DNA of 63,830 nt, the filler included. It is 4 parts of 4 records of this genome, joined end to end, with 100 filler letters (N's around TTAATTAATTAA, not from the genome) between each part and the next. Parts side by side here need not be neighbours in the genome. Positions count along the whole stretch, not along the records: positions 1 to 13,775 come from SRR2962707_5029; positions 13,876 to 35,228 come from SRR2962707_5030; 2 more parts are not named here. The stretch is one strand, 5' to 3'. Shown piece after piece: positions 10,096 through 21,300 of this stretch (its first letter is position 1; each line of letters begins with the position of its first letter). The notes beneath the pieces are model-generated. The model searched no databases. It saw nothing but the letters and a program-made list of their open reading frames with translations, and had not been told where the DNA came from. A program made the translations under genes and the position numbers.

Positions 10096-11558
10096 TTTTT
10101 TAACTCTTCGAGAATCTCTACCACTAATTTATTGGCAATTTTAGGATCTACCGCACCTTTTGTCTCTTTCATCACATCTCCCATAAACATTCCAATCAAT
10201 CCTTTTTTTCCATTGTGATAGGCTTTCACCTTTTCCGAATGCTTTTCCAATACGGAAATAATCAGCGGTCGGATACCATCAGAATCAGACTGTTGGATAA
10301 TTCCAAGCTTCTCTGCGGCACTTTTGGGAGACTCCATATTACCCGCTAAGAAAGGAAACAACTTTTTGGACGCAACAGAGAAATTCACCAATCCATCTTC
10401 CACCAGATCCACCAATTCTGCCATTCTGGATTCCTTGATAGGAAACAAATCGATTGCTATGTTTTGTTCATTCAAATAGGACTTTACAGGACCCATCATC
10501 CAATTTGAGGCAGCTTTGTATTTTGGTGTATGTTGGCAAAGTGTCTGATAGTAATCTGCTAGTCCTTTCTCTTCAGTCAAAATAGCTGCATTATACTCAG
10601 GCAATGAATAATTTTTTATAAACTGCTCTTTGTACTCCCATGGCAGTGTGGGCATCTCTCTCTTGATAGCATTCAACCATTCTTCGCTTACCTCGAATGG
10701 TGCCAAATCTGGTTCCGGAAAATATCGGTAGTCATTCAACTCCTCTTTTGTTCTCATCCCATGAGTGGTGCCTTTATCAGCATCAAACAGTCGTGTTTCT
10801 GAGATGATCTCCTCTCCTCTTTCGGTAATATCAATTTGACGAGCTGCCTCCACATTAATGGCGCGTCCCACATTGCGGACCGAATTCATATTCTTGACCT
10901 CAACTTTCTTACCTAGTGATATGTCCCCTCTTTTTCGAACAGAAATATTGGCATCACATCTAAGCGATCCTTGTTCCATGTTGCCATCACAAATCTCCAG
11001 GTAACTCACAATTCTTCGAATCTGGTTTAGGAAATCCATTGCCTCCTCAGCTGAATTTAAAACAGGTTCAGTGACCAACTCTATTAGTGGAACTCCGGCC
11101 CGATTCAAATCAATCAAAGTATCGGTTTCATTATCTAAATGAATGGATTTACCCGCATCCTCTTCCAGGTGAATTCGATTTAGCTGAATTGATTTCTCAT
11201 CGCCATCAGCTGTCTTCACTGTTATATTTCCACCAACACAAATGGGAGTCTTATCCTGTGTAGTTTGAAATCCTTTGGGAAGGTCCGGATAGAAATAGTT
11301 CTTCCGATCAAATATATTATACCTCGAAATCCCGCAATTGCATGCTAATCCCATTTTAATGGCGTACTCAACGGCCTTCTTATTCAAAACCGGCAAAGTA
11401 CCCGGATGTGCCAGAGTTATCACGCTGATATTGGTATTTGGGTCATTGCCAAAGGAATTAGGATCGGAAGCAAATAGTTTACTTTCAGTCAGTAGTTGAA
11501 TGTGAACCTCCAATCCTACGATTATCTCGTACGTTTCATTTGGTATTTTAATCCCCAT
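10092..11558 (-). CDS. gatB: Asp-tRNA(Asn)/Glu-tRNA(Gln) amidotransferase subunit B
   Basis: VGLEVHIQL, FDRKNYFYPDLPKG, HLEEDAGKS, SLRCDANIS, DYRYFPEPDL. Confidence 0.97.
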   Translation of the reverse strand: MGIKIPNETYEIIVGLEVHIQLLTESKLFASDPNSFGNDPNTNISVITLAHPGTLPVLNKKAVEYAIKMGLACNCGISRYNIFDRKNYFYPDLPKGFQTTQDKTPICVGGNITVKTADGDEKSIQLNRIHLEEDAGKSIHLDNETDTLIDLNRAGVPLIELVTEPVLNSAEEAMDFLNQIRRIVSYLEICDGNMEQGSLRCDANISVRKRGDISLGKKVEVKNMNSVRNVGRAINVEAARQIDITERGEEIISETRLFDADKGTTHGMRTKEELNDYRYFPEPDLAPFEVSEEWLNAIKREMPTLPWEYKEQFIKNYSLPEYNAAILTEEKGLADYYQTLCQHTPKYKAASNWMMGPVKSYLNEQNIAIDLFPIKESRMAELVDLVEDGLVNFSVASKKLFPFLAGNMESPKSAAEKLGIIQQSDSDGIRPLIISVLEKHSEKVKAYHNGKKGLIGMFMGDVMKETKGAVDPKIANKLVVEILEELKK

Positions 11559-13774
11559 TACCCAACAATCGACTCTTTACCTAATTTCAATGCTTCACCT
11601 AATCCAGAAAGGTCTTTACCTCCAGCTGTTGCATAGAATGGCTGACCTCCTCCACCTCCTTTGATTGCTGGAGCCATTTTACGAATGATTTCGTTGGCAT
11701 TCATTCCATCGTTAACAAGGTTATCGGCAAGCATTACTGTCAACATGGGCTTGTCATTGATATTTGCTGCAATTAACAATACAAGGTTGTCAACTTCTCT
11801 TTTCAGATCGAAAGCTACCTGTTTCATATTGTCAGCAGAAGGAAACTCCCCTTGATAAGTAATCAGGTTCTTGTCTCCTACTTTCTCTACACTGTTCTTT
11901 AGCTGTACCTTGATCTGCCCAGCTTGCTGCTGATTTAGCTCGTCAATTTTCTTTTGATTAGCCAAATTGTCAGCAACCAGATTTTCGATGGTTTTCTTTA
12001 GATCTTTCGGGTTTTTAAGAATTCCCTCAATATCAGCAATGAGTTCAAGCTTCTGGTTAAAAAACCGCTCTGCTTCAATGGAAGTAACCGCTTCGATCCT
12101 GCGAACACCGGCTGCAATGGAAGATTCACTTACAATTTTCAGCATACCTATGTTGCCCGTTCTGTTCACGTGTGTTCCCCCACATAATTCAACAGAGTAG
12201 GCCGGATCAAATGTGATGACTCGTACAAAATCACCATATTTCTCTCCGAAAAGTGCCATAGCTCCCAATTCTTTGGCTTGATCTATTGGCACGTTCTTTT
12301 TCTCATCCAGAGCAATGTTTGCTCGTATTTTTTCATTGACGATTTGTTCCACCTCTTTGATTTCCTCTTCAGTCATCTTTGTAAAATGCGAGAAGTCAAA
12401 ACGTAGAATCTTGTCGTTCACAAGTGATCCTTTTTGCTGAACATGATCACCAAGCACCTGTCTTAATGCTGCGTGTAATAAATGAGTAGCTGAGTGATTG
12501 TTTTCAGTCAATCTTCTTTTGCTTTCATTCACAACAGCATGAACACTGGCCTTCATATCTGCTGGTAGTTTCTTAGTGAAATGGATGATCAAATCATTTT
12601 CCTTCTTGGTATCTACAACTTCAACCTTCTCTTCTCCAAATTGGAGATATCCTATATCGCCAACCTGACCACCACTTTCGGCATAAAATGGAGTTTCTTC
12701 CAGCACCAGCTGAAACAGCTTCTTATCCTTCATCTCCACTTCCCGATATCTCAAGAGCCTCGTGCTTGATTGTGTTTGTGTATATCCCAGAAAAGTCACC
12801 TCATCTCCCTCATTCACCACTATCCAGTCTCCTGTCGTTTGTTTGCCAACACTTTTAGATCGATTCTTTTGAACCTCCATTTCCTTTTTGAATCCCTCTT
12901 CATCTACCTGCATGTCGTTTTCTCTTGCAATCAATGCTGTCAGGTCAAGTGGGAAGCCATAGGTATCATACAGTTCAAAGGCTGTGCTGCCTTCAATTAC
13001 CTTGGAATCTGATGTTATAATGGACTCCAATTTCTTCAATCCATTGTCTAGTGTTCTAAGAAAAGAAAGTTCCTCCTCACGAATCACCTTGGCTATGAAA
13101 TCTTCCTGTTGCTTTAATTCAGGGAAGACATCATCGAATTGCGCTGTGAGAATTGAAAGCAGCTCATTTAAAAATGGCTCTTTAAAATCAAGAAATGTGT
13201 ATCCATACCTCACAGCCCTTCGCAGGATTCGACGAATCACATAGCCAGCTTTGTTGTTGCTTGGCAATTGACCATCTGCTATAGTAAAGGCAATGGCTCT
13301 TATGTGATCCGAAATCACACGAATAGCGATATCGATCTTCTCATCTTTGCCGTACTCAACGCCTGCTCTTTTTGCCACCCACTGAATTAACGGTTGAAAA
13401 ACATCCGTGTCGTAGTTGGATTGCTTTTGCTGAATGGCCATAGCTAAACGCTCAAACCCCATTCCTGTATCTACGTGCTTCTCAGGCAAATTCTCCAACG
13501 ATCCGTTTGCTAGTCTGTTGAATTGAATGAAAACCAGGTTCCAAATTTCAACCACCTGAGGGTGATCCATGTTGACCAGGTCTCTTCCCGGAATCTTATC
13601 CACCTCAGATTGTGGCCTCAAGTCTATGTGAAGCTCAGAGCATGGACCGCATGGTCCGGTATCCCCCATTTCCCAGAAATTATCTTTTTTGGAGCCATTT
13701 AGAATTCGATCTTCCGGCAAGAATGCCCCCCAATATTTTTTTGCCTCATCATCCGGCTCCAGGTTTTCAGATGC
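11558..13774 (-). CDS. alaS: Alanine--tRNA ligase, 5'-truncated at contig end
   Basis: DNFWEMGDTGPCGPCSE, VDTGMGFERL, YDTYGFPLDLT, NHSATHLLH, ELCGGTHV, GGGGG; frame stays open to the linker. Confidence 0.97.
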   Translation of the reverse strand, partial: ASENLEPDDEAKKYWGAFLPEDRILNGSKKDNFWEMGDTGPCGPCSELHIDLRPQSEVDKIPGRDLVNMDHPQVVEIWNLVFIQFNRLANGSLENLPEKHVDTGMGFERLAMAIQQKQSNYDTDVFQPLIQWVAKRAGVEYGKDEKIDIAIRVISDHIRAIAFTIADGQLPSNNKAGYVIRRILRRAVRYGYTFLDFKEPFLNELLSILTAQFDDVFPELKQQEDFIAKVIREEELSFLRTLDNGLKKLESIITSDSKVIEGSTAFELYDTYGFPLDLTALIARENDMQVDEEGFKKEMEVQKNRSKSVGKQTTGDWIVVNEGDEVTFLGYTQTQSSTRLLRYREVEMKDKKLFQLVLEETPFYAESGGQVGDIGYLQFGEEKVEVVDTKKENDLIIHFTKKLPADMKASVHAVVNESKRRLTENNHSATHLLHAALRQVLGDHVQQKGSLVNDKILRFDFSHFTKMTEEEIKEVEQIVNEKIRANIALDEKKNVPIDQAKELGAMALFGEKYGDFVRVITFDPAYSVELCGGTHVNRTGNIGMLKIVSESSIAAGVRRIEAVTSIEAERFFNQKLELIADIEGILKNPKDLKKTIENLVADNLANQKKIDELNQQQAGQIKVQLKNSVEKVGDKNLITYQGEFPSADNMKQVAFDLKREVDNLVLLIAANINDKPMLTVMLADNLVNDGMNANEIIRKMAPAIKGGGGGQPFYATAGGKDLSGLGEALKLGKESIVG

Positions 13775-13775
13775 A

Positions 13776-13875
13776 NNNNNNNNNNNNNNNNNNNNNNNNN
13801 NNNNNNNNNNNNNNNNNNNTTAATTAATTAANNNNNNNNNNNNNNNNNNNNNNNNNNNNNNNNNNNNNNNNNNNN
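13776..13875. other. Artificial contig linker
   Basis: N44-TTAATTAATTAA-N44; stops in all six frames; identical to the other two linkers. Confidence 0.99.
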
Positions 13876-13985
13876 TCAGTCAGTCAGTCAATCAGTCAGT
13901 CAGCCGCCCACTCCGCTCAGTACTCAGGCAGTCACTCACACTCCCATTCACTCCCATAGTCCGTCACTCACGCACTCCTTCACTC
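13876..13985. repeat. (TCAG)n microsatellite and CACTC-rich low-complexity tract at contig start
   Basis: tcagtcagtcagtcaatcagtcagtcag followed by repeated cactc/tcactc. Confidence 0.85.
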
Positions 13986-14840
13986 CACACAAGTTGGCGT
14001 TCAGTGGTTCAATCAATGCCTCCTCAGAGTCGCTTCTTCCACTTGCTGTTTCTGTGATAGCGCGTCCAAGTTCGTTTTGGGCGACGCAAAGCGTCGCCAC
14101 CGAGCCGTTGGTGAAAAAGCCTGCGGGCTTTGCACGCACGCGTACTACGCCTGGTCTTAGCCGTCCCAGGACTGGACGTGGCGGGGGGGCGCGGGAGCGG
14201 AAGCCAGAAAAGGGTCGCTTATTCAGCGACCCTTTTGAGGCGTGGTCGATGCTCGGGAGCGAGCGCAGGGTGTCGCTCGAGAGGAACACCAAGTTGTTGT
14301 CCGTTGTGAGGGAAGTTCCTTGATCGCGGAGTTTGTTCCGTGTGGCCAGCTTGGCAAGGTGTTGCGCAAATGCCTGTGGTAGGGGCTGGTGTCCTGGGCG
14401 TTGGTTTGTTGCCAAAGAACGGTGGAGTGAGTGATGAATTCAGGGAGTGAGTGAGGAGTAAGTGGGGTAGTGTCTGGACTTGCACCACTCAGGGTCCAGA
14501 GTTCGTTAAGAAAGACTGGATTGTTGTTGGTGGTGGGCGACTTGTGTTGCAACTGTTGCAGAGTGAACTCAGTTTGTCTGCAAGACTGCAGCGCCCATGT
14601 TTCCGACGTTGTTTGACTTCCGCCCCCTCCTGACAGTGCCGGGAGTGAGGGTGTGGTATGTTCGATGCGGTTGCTTGTTTTTGAGCCAAGCGAGCTGCTC
14701 CTGGTGCCCAGCGTTGATCTCCGCTCCAGCCCCGTCCACACGCACTGTATTGATGCATTCAATAGCTCTCTTCCTGGCCTGGGCGTGTTCACTCATTCAC
14801 ACCCTTCACTCTGCCAAGACTCTTCATCTTCCTCTTCCAT
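13970..14840 (-). CDS. Possible multi-exon eukaryotic gene of unknown function, divergent from the giant ORF and truncated by the contig end
   Basis: Candidate start MEEEDEESWQSEG (ATG 14840); open segments bounded by GT/AG sites (AFAQHLAKLATRNKLR..., GFFTNGSVATL...); GTGAGT donor before the microsatellite. No recognisable domain. Confidence 0.3.
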
Positions 14841-15310
14841 GCGCTCGTTCAGGCAGGGACAACTCTTCGCCTACTGGTCCAACACGGAACATGCTGGCAC
14901 ATTGCAGCGGGGAGAGTGTTGACCCAGTTGTGGTCAGCGATTGTGGAGGGATTTTCCTGGTCCGCGACCAGTGCTTTCCGTGAAGCGCGATTGACTTCGT
15001 TTGACTCCCTTTCGTGCGCGTGGCTGCGTGTTTTCTTTTCTTTCCGTTTTTCGTTCTGGTTCTTTGCTGTCCGGCTTGTTGCGCGGGTGCGCGTGCGTGC
15101 CTGTGCTTAAAGATAGGCTGTTGGGGCGCTGTGCAAGAATTGGAATAAGTAGGCGCTTTGGACGTGCTTTGGACGTGCTTAATCGGGAAGACCGTACGCA
15201 ATAGAAGTGGGCCCCTCGCGGAATGGCCGCCAGCGCTTGAAAGGCTTTGCGGACCAAAGTTACTGTGTGTGTGCTGAAAGGGCTGGGGCATCCGACACAC
15301 GCTCCACGGG

Positions 15311-18300
15311 ATGGTGCTGATGTCCCTCCGAGTGGTTCTGCTTGTTGCATCACTTGCGCTGCCATGCAACGGTCGCCAGACCGTCAGTGTCGTGCGCTCG
15401 CCAAACGGACGAGGTGATTTCGCTTACGCTGCATCCGACAATTCACAAAGCGCTTTCTCGAACAAGCTGGCGGACTGTCAAGGGCATGCTGTCCTTGGTT
15501 CCGGCAGCGACCGGGTTGGTGATGGTTTTTGCGACGATGGCTCCTATGGCTCACACGATTTTGCTTGCGCGAAGTTTAGCTTTGACGGGGGAGATTGTGG
15601 GGTGATCACGGGCATTGTTGACTCTCCAGATGCTGATGAACCGGAAGCCGATGGAGAGCACAAAGCGGAAGGGGGTGAACGCATTGCTGCCACTGGCAGC
15701 GCAGCGACTTCGCGCACTGGTGCGGAGACTTGCCAAGGCTCTGATTGCTCCGGGCAGTCCGCCGGCAATTGCTGGTGTGAGGCCACGTGCCTAGCTTTTG
15801 GCGACTGCTGCAAAGACTTTTCTCGCTTCTGCTCGGATGCGATTGACGACCAGCTGCAGCAGCGACGGCTGGATGCAACCAACCCCAGTTGTGATGGCTT
15901 GTGCGGTGGGATGGATGTCGCTGGGCAATGCTATTGCGGTGCCGATTGCCGCGGATACGGGGACTGCTGCGACGACTTTGAGGATCTTTGTGGTAACCTC
16001 ACCACTGCATACCCGGTCGGAGATGAAGGGACGCAACGTCCGATCTGCTCCGGGTGTTCTGGGTGCTGTGGACTTGGGTACATGGCTGAAAACGCCGATG
16101 GAAGCTCGTGCAGCTGTGATCTCAACTGTGCTGTGTACGACACCTGCTGCGACGATTTTATGGACGAGTGCGGCGCGTACACCGTTGAACCGATTGTCAA
16201 GTGTTACGATTGCGACGGAACTAGTTGCATCGGGCACGAGCGCTTCGTTGGGGATGGGGTTTGCGACGACGCGACCACAACCTTGAACTTTAATTGCCAG
16301 GAATATAGCTATGACGGCGGCGATTGCGCATTGGAAAACAGAACGTTCGGAGGAAGCTGTAAGGGCGAGTGCGGGCAACTCATTTCATATTTTGATGCTC
16401 GTCGACGTCAACTGTTTACGCCCCCCAGCACGGACAGTTGCGATGGTTTGTGCGGAAAGTACACTGAGTCCTGCCACTGCACGCTTGACTGTGTGGACTA
16501 CGAGGACTGTTGCGACGACTATGAGGCACTGTGCGCGACCAGAAATCCGGCTCCGGGTGGTAACTGGCACGAACTGCCGGAAGAAAGACACTGCTGGTGT
16601 GACCAATCGTGCGTGTCGAACGCAGACTGCTGTGACGATTACCTCGCTGAGTGTGACGCGGCGGAGGGCATGGCTTTTAGCTGTGACAATGCGTGCGGGG
16701 AGAAACGCTCAAGCGGGTGCTGGTGCGACAAAATCTGTGTTGAAAACAATGACTGCTGCGACGATTACGAGGACTACTGCGGCTGCGGTGAGTATTCCTA
16801 CGAGCCGTGCGCTGGATGCACTGACGAAAAGAGCGCGTGCAACTTCGACCCAACAGCAACTGTCGATGACGGTAGTTGCACATACCAAGTTGAAGGTTTC
16901 AACTGCGCTGGCGAGTGCTTGACTCGTGTCGATTGCGAAGGCGTTTGTGGAGGCCCCAAGTTCTTGGATGAGTGCGGCGATTGTGTACTGCCGAAAGACC
17001 GAGGACAGTCAGCAGATTGTGCCGGAATCTGCGGTGGAACGACGAAGTACGACGCATGTGGCATTTGTGGCGGCACAAAGTCAGCATCACAGTGTGCGTG
17101 CCCAACCGCAGGACAAGTGCGCGATTGCGCAGGTGCTTGCAACGGTGTAAAGACTCTCAATGTGTGCGGAATTTGCACATCTCGGTCAAACCGCTTCAGC
17201 CATATTGACTGCTTTGGCGTTTGTTTTGGGTCTGGCGTTGAAGACGAGTGCGGCGTGTGCAACGGAGACGGTACATCGTGCCAGACTGGATTCTGTGAAG
17301 AGGGGCGGGTGACGGACTGCGCGGGAGTGTGCGACGGAACACTGGTCAAAGACAACTGTGGCATATGTGGTGGAAACGGGGCTACTCGCGACTGCGCCGG
17401 CGTTTGCACAGGTCCTCTTTTAGAAGACGAGTGCGGCATTTGTGGCGGAAACGGCACGCTGTGCCGAGGCTGCACGGATATTTCCGCTTGCAATTTTTGG
17501 CTCCATGCAACCATCGACGACGATTCTTGCACCTATCCAGCTTCTTCGCTGCACGATTGCTTCGGAAAATGCAACACAGACACAGACTGTTTTGGCGAAT
17601 GCGGTGGAAGCGCTGTGCTTGACGAGTGTGGCGTTTGCAATGGTTTTGGGGCCACTTGCACAACCCCATTTTGCCAGGGGGGCAAAGTGGATTGCTGGGG
17701 CGAGTGCAACGGTGGCGTGATTGAAGATGTATGCGGCGTATGTGGCGGTGACAGTTCAGTTTGTCAAGGATGCATGGATTCAACAGCCTGCAATTACAAC
17801 CCATCAGCCATGGTACCACCTCCAGTGTACCAGAGTATCCGTAATGGTCTCGACGACAATGGCTGCAGCTTCCCTCCAGACGACAAGTTTGACTGCTTCG
17901 GGGTTTGTCTACAGGAGATTGACTGTAAAGGAATTTGCGGCGGGCCTTACGTACTTGACGACTGCCAAGTTTGCGGTCTGAACTCGGGTTCAGGGGCAAC
18001 CTGCTGTGCGTACGACTACGCTCTGTTCGAAGGAGTGAGTGAACGCCGACAGCTTCTTAACGACCGGCGCATGCTTGCTCCGTCGCCTCACCGCAACCCA
18101 TCGCCCCTCCACGTCAACCCAGCTCCAACGCAGAATCACAACGTGCCTGCGCCTCTCTCGAGTCCTTCCCCGCACCATCCTGCGCCGAGTTCCTATGAAA
18201 GTTGTGTCGGATATTGTGGAACGATGGTCCCAGGAGGGCTGTGCTTCTGTGACGCTCAGTGCGCTGAGTACGCCGACTGCTGCTTAGACATTGCTGATGT

Positions 18301-21300
18301 TTGCGGCGATACTTTTCCAGTGCCTGCACCCGGAGTGCACCCAGTGCCGGGCCCCTACCACGCACCAAGTCCAGGGAGTCACCCAACTGACCCAAACCAC
18401 AATCACACTGGTGTGCCGGCGCCTCTAAACAATCCAGCGCCTTCGCCAGGGGAGACCCACGTGGACCATCCTGCGCCTGGGTCGAATCACACTGGACCGT
18501 CTCCCTTTGCGAATGTTCCAGCGCCTTCCAAAATCTACTCGTGTGAAGACCAGTGCTTGAGAACCGAGCCAATCCATGGGCCGGTGGGCAACACGCACGG
18601 ACCATGCTACTGCGACAAGACGTGTACTTCGTACCAGGATTGCTGCGACGACTTTTTTGACTTCTGCGCCCCTTCTTGCATCAACGAGTTTTGTGCTGAT
18701 GGCGTTGTGGACTGTTCCGGTGCTTGCAATGGCGTTCTAACGTTCGACGAATGCCTTGTCTGCGGCGGTGACGGATCAACCTGCACGGGGGGCGACGATC
18801 GGTGGTGGTGCCCGGAGGGATACGATTGCTTTGGAATTTGTGGCGGGAATGCTGCGATTGACGAGTGCAACGTGTGCGGTGGGTTTGGTTCAACGTGCAT
18901 GTTTCCGAAGGATACGGACAGTGATGGACTTTTCAACGGCGAACCGTACTGTTTTACTGGAATTCGCGATTGTGCTGGCGACTGCGAGGGGAACTTGAAA
19001 GTTGACGAGTGCTTCATCTGCGGCGGCGATTCAAGCAGTTGCACCGGCTGCCTCAAAACGGCTGCGTGCAACTACGACCCTCAAGCAACTATTTCCAGTT
19101 CGCAATGCGTGTTCCCTCCCTCGTCGACCACAAACTGTTTCGGTTATTGCGACGGAAACTTTGACTGCTTGGGCGTGTGCGCTGGAACTAAGGTGACAGA
19201 CATTTGCGGAGTGTGCGGCGGCAATGGTGCCTCTTGTCGCAAACCGGCAACAACCGCGTTTTGTCCAACGAGCACGGTGGATTGCTTTGGAAAATGCAAA
19301 GGAACCGCTGTGCTAGACGCATGTGGTGTTTGCGGAGGTGATTCTGACACGTGCAAAGGCTGCACCGACACATCAGCTTGCAACTACAACGAGCTTGCCT
19401 CTATTTCAGATACAAGTTGTGAGTACTTTGTCGATGCTCCAGGAACAAACTACGACAATTGTCTTGGAAAGTGCGCCGTTGGGTTTGATTGCAAGGGAGA
19501 TTGTGGCGGCAGTGTAAAATATGACATTTGCGGCGTGTGCGGAGGCGAGGCATTTGATGTCGGGTGTGATGGTGTTTGCTTCAGTGGAAAGTCAGCAGAT
19601 TCTTGCGGTGTGTGTGGGGGGTTCGGCGAGACTTGCGTGCCTGGTTATTGCAGCGGGGGATACTCCGCTGATTGTTTCGGTGAATGTGGCGGAACAGCCG
19701 AGTTGGACCTTTGCGGCGTTTGCAATGGATTCAACAAGCTTCGCGACTGCAATGGAGTCTGCTTTGGATCTTCCTACTTGGACGCCTGTGGCATTTGTGG
19801 CGGAGACAGCGCTGAGTGCACAGGATGCGGTGACTACAATGCCTGCAATTTTGATCTGAACGCAGTCATTTCAGATGACGCTACGTGTCTGTACCAAGTC
19901 GACGAAAATTTTGATTGCTGGGGCAACTGCCAGGTCAGCATTGACTGCACTGGGCTGTGCAATGGCAAGAACGAACTTGACGCTTGCGGAGTGTGCGGCG
20001 GCGATTCATCGACATGCGTCGGATGTTTGGATTCGACGGCTTGCAACTACGACCAAACAGCAGTGATTCCAAAATTGTCGCTTTGCTTCTACGAAACGAC
20101 ACTTATGAGCTGCACGGGTGTGTGCAAGCATGACGTGGACTGCGGTGGTAACTGCGATGGTTATTTGAGCTTGGACGCCTGCGGAGTTTGCAACGGAGAC
20201 AGCTCGTCGTGTATTGGCTGCACGAATCCTGCAGCATGCAACTATGATGCATTAGCATCGCTGGACGATGACTCTTGCACCTACTCAACGTTTTGTGCTG
20301 GCCACTGCCTCGTTGACGTCGATTGCCTTGGAGAATGCGACGGCTCGATGGTTGTGGATGAATGTGGCGTTTGCGCAGGCTTCGGAGCATCGTGCTCGGA
20401 GTCCGAGTTTTGCGCTGGCGGTTCAGTGGATTGCCGCGGTGAGTGCAATGGCGGACGTGTCGTCGACGCCTGCGGCGTGTGCGAGGGTGACACAAGCACG
20501 TGTGTGGGATGCAACGACGAAGACGCATGCAATTTCAAGGAAAGCGCCACCCTAGGTGCACCAACATTGTGCACTTATCCAGTATCGGACAATATGGATT
20601 GCTTTGGGAACTGCGCAGTTGGATACGACTGCAAGGGATACTGTGGAGGTTCCAGTGTTGTTGACGTGTGCGGCGTATGCGGTGGCTTTGGTGCGTCGTG
20701 CACCAAAGACTATTGCAAAGGTGGCCGGATCGATTGTGCGGGCGAGTGCGCAGGCGGTCGAACCATTGACAGTTGTGGAGTATGCGGCGGGGATGATGAA
20801 TCATGTACCGTGCTGGACTTTTGCGAATATGGCATCGTGGACTGCTTCGGGTATTGTCATTGCCCTTTTCAAACGGACGATCCACAGACATGTGCGCGGC
20901 CGATTCTGGATCTGCCGCCCCCAGATGTGTGCTCGCTATTCAACGATGGCTCCTTCGAGGGTTTGTCTTCCACCAAGACCACCGAGATTGTCACAGACGT
21001 CGGTTCGTGGTCGGCTGCAGGAACAACTTACGTATCTGCCAGCAAGGGAGTATATTGGGGTGGTGTTGCAGCTACCGACGGTGGCTACTTCCTCGTCCTC
21101 AACGGAGACGCCATTTTGAACCAGACAGCTCATGCCACTCACTGGAACTACTACCTTCTGTCGTTCGATGCCGCTGCTCGGCCAGATTTGGGCATGGGTA
21201 CTTTGTACATCAATGTCGATGGTGTCAAGATATATGAGACAAAAATCCCGGACATCGGTGAAATGCAGTCCCATTCCATCTTGTTTCAAGCCGAAAGTGA

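Noticed and set aside
13820-13831. TTAATTAATTAA palindrome recurring three times
   Set aside because: Embedded in identical N44 pads; an artificial six-frame-stop linker
15863-15871. RxLR effector motif
   Set aside because: No RxLR-dEER near the signal peptide; the motifs are internal and repeated
15470-16330. Notch, vitronectin or ADAMTS orthology of the giant protein
   Set aside because: No EGF array, transmembrane helix, ankyrin repeats, hemopexin domain or HExxH protease motif; only shared small modules
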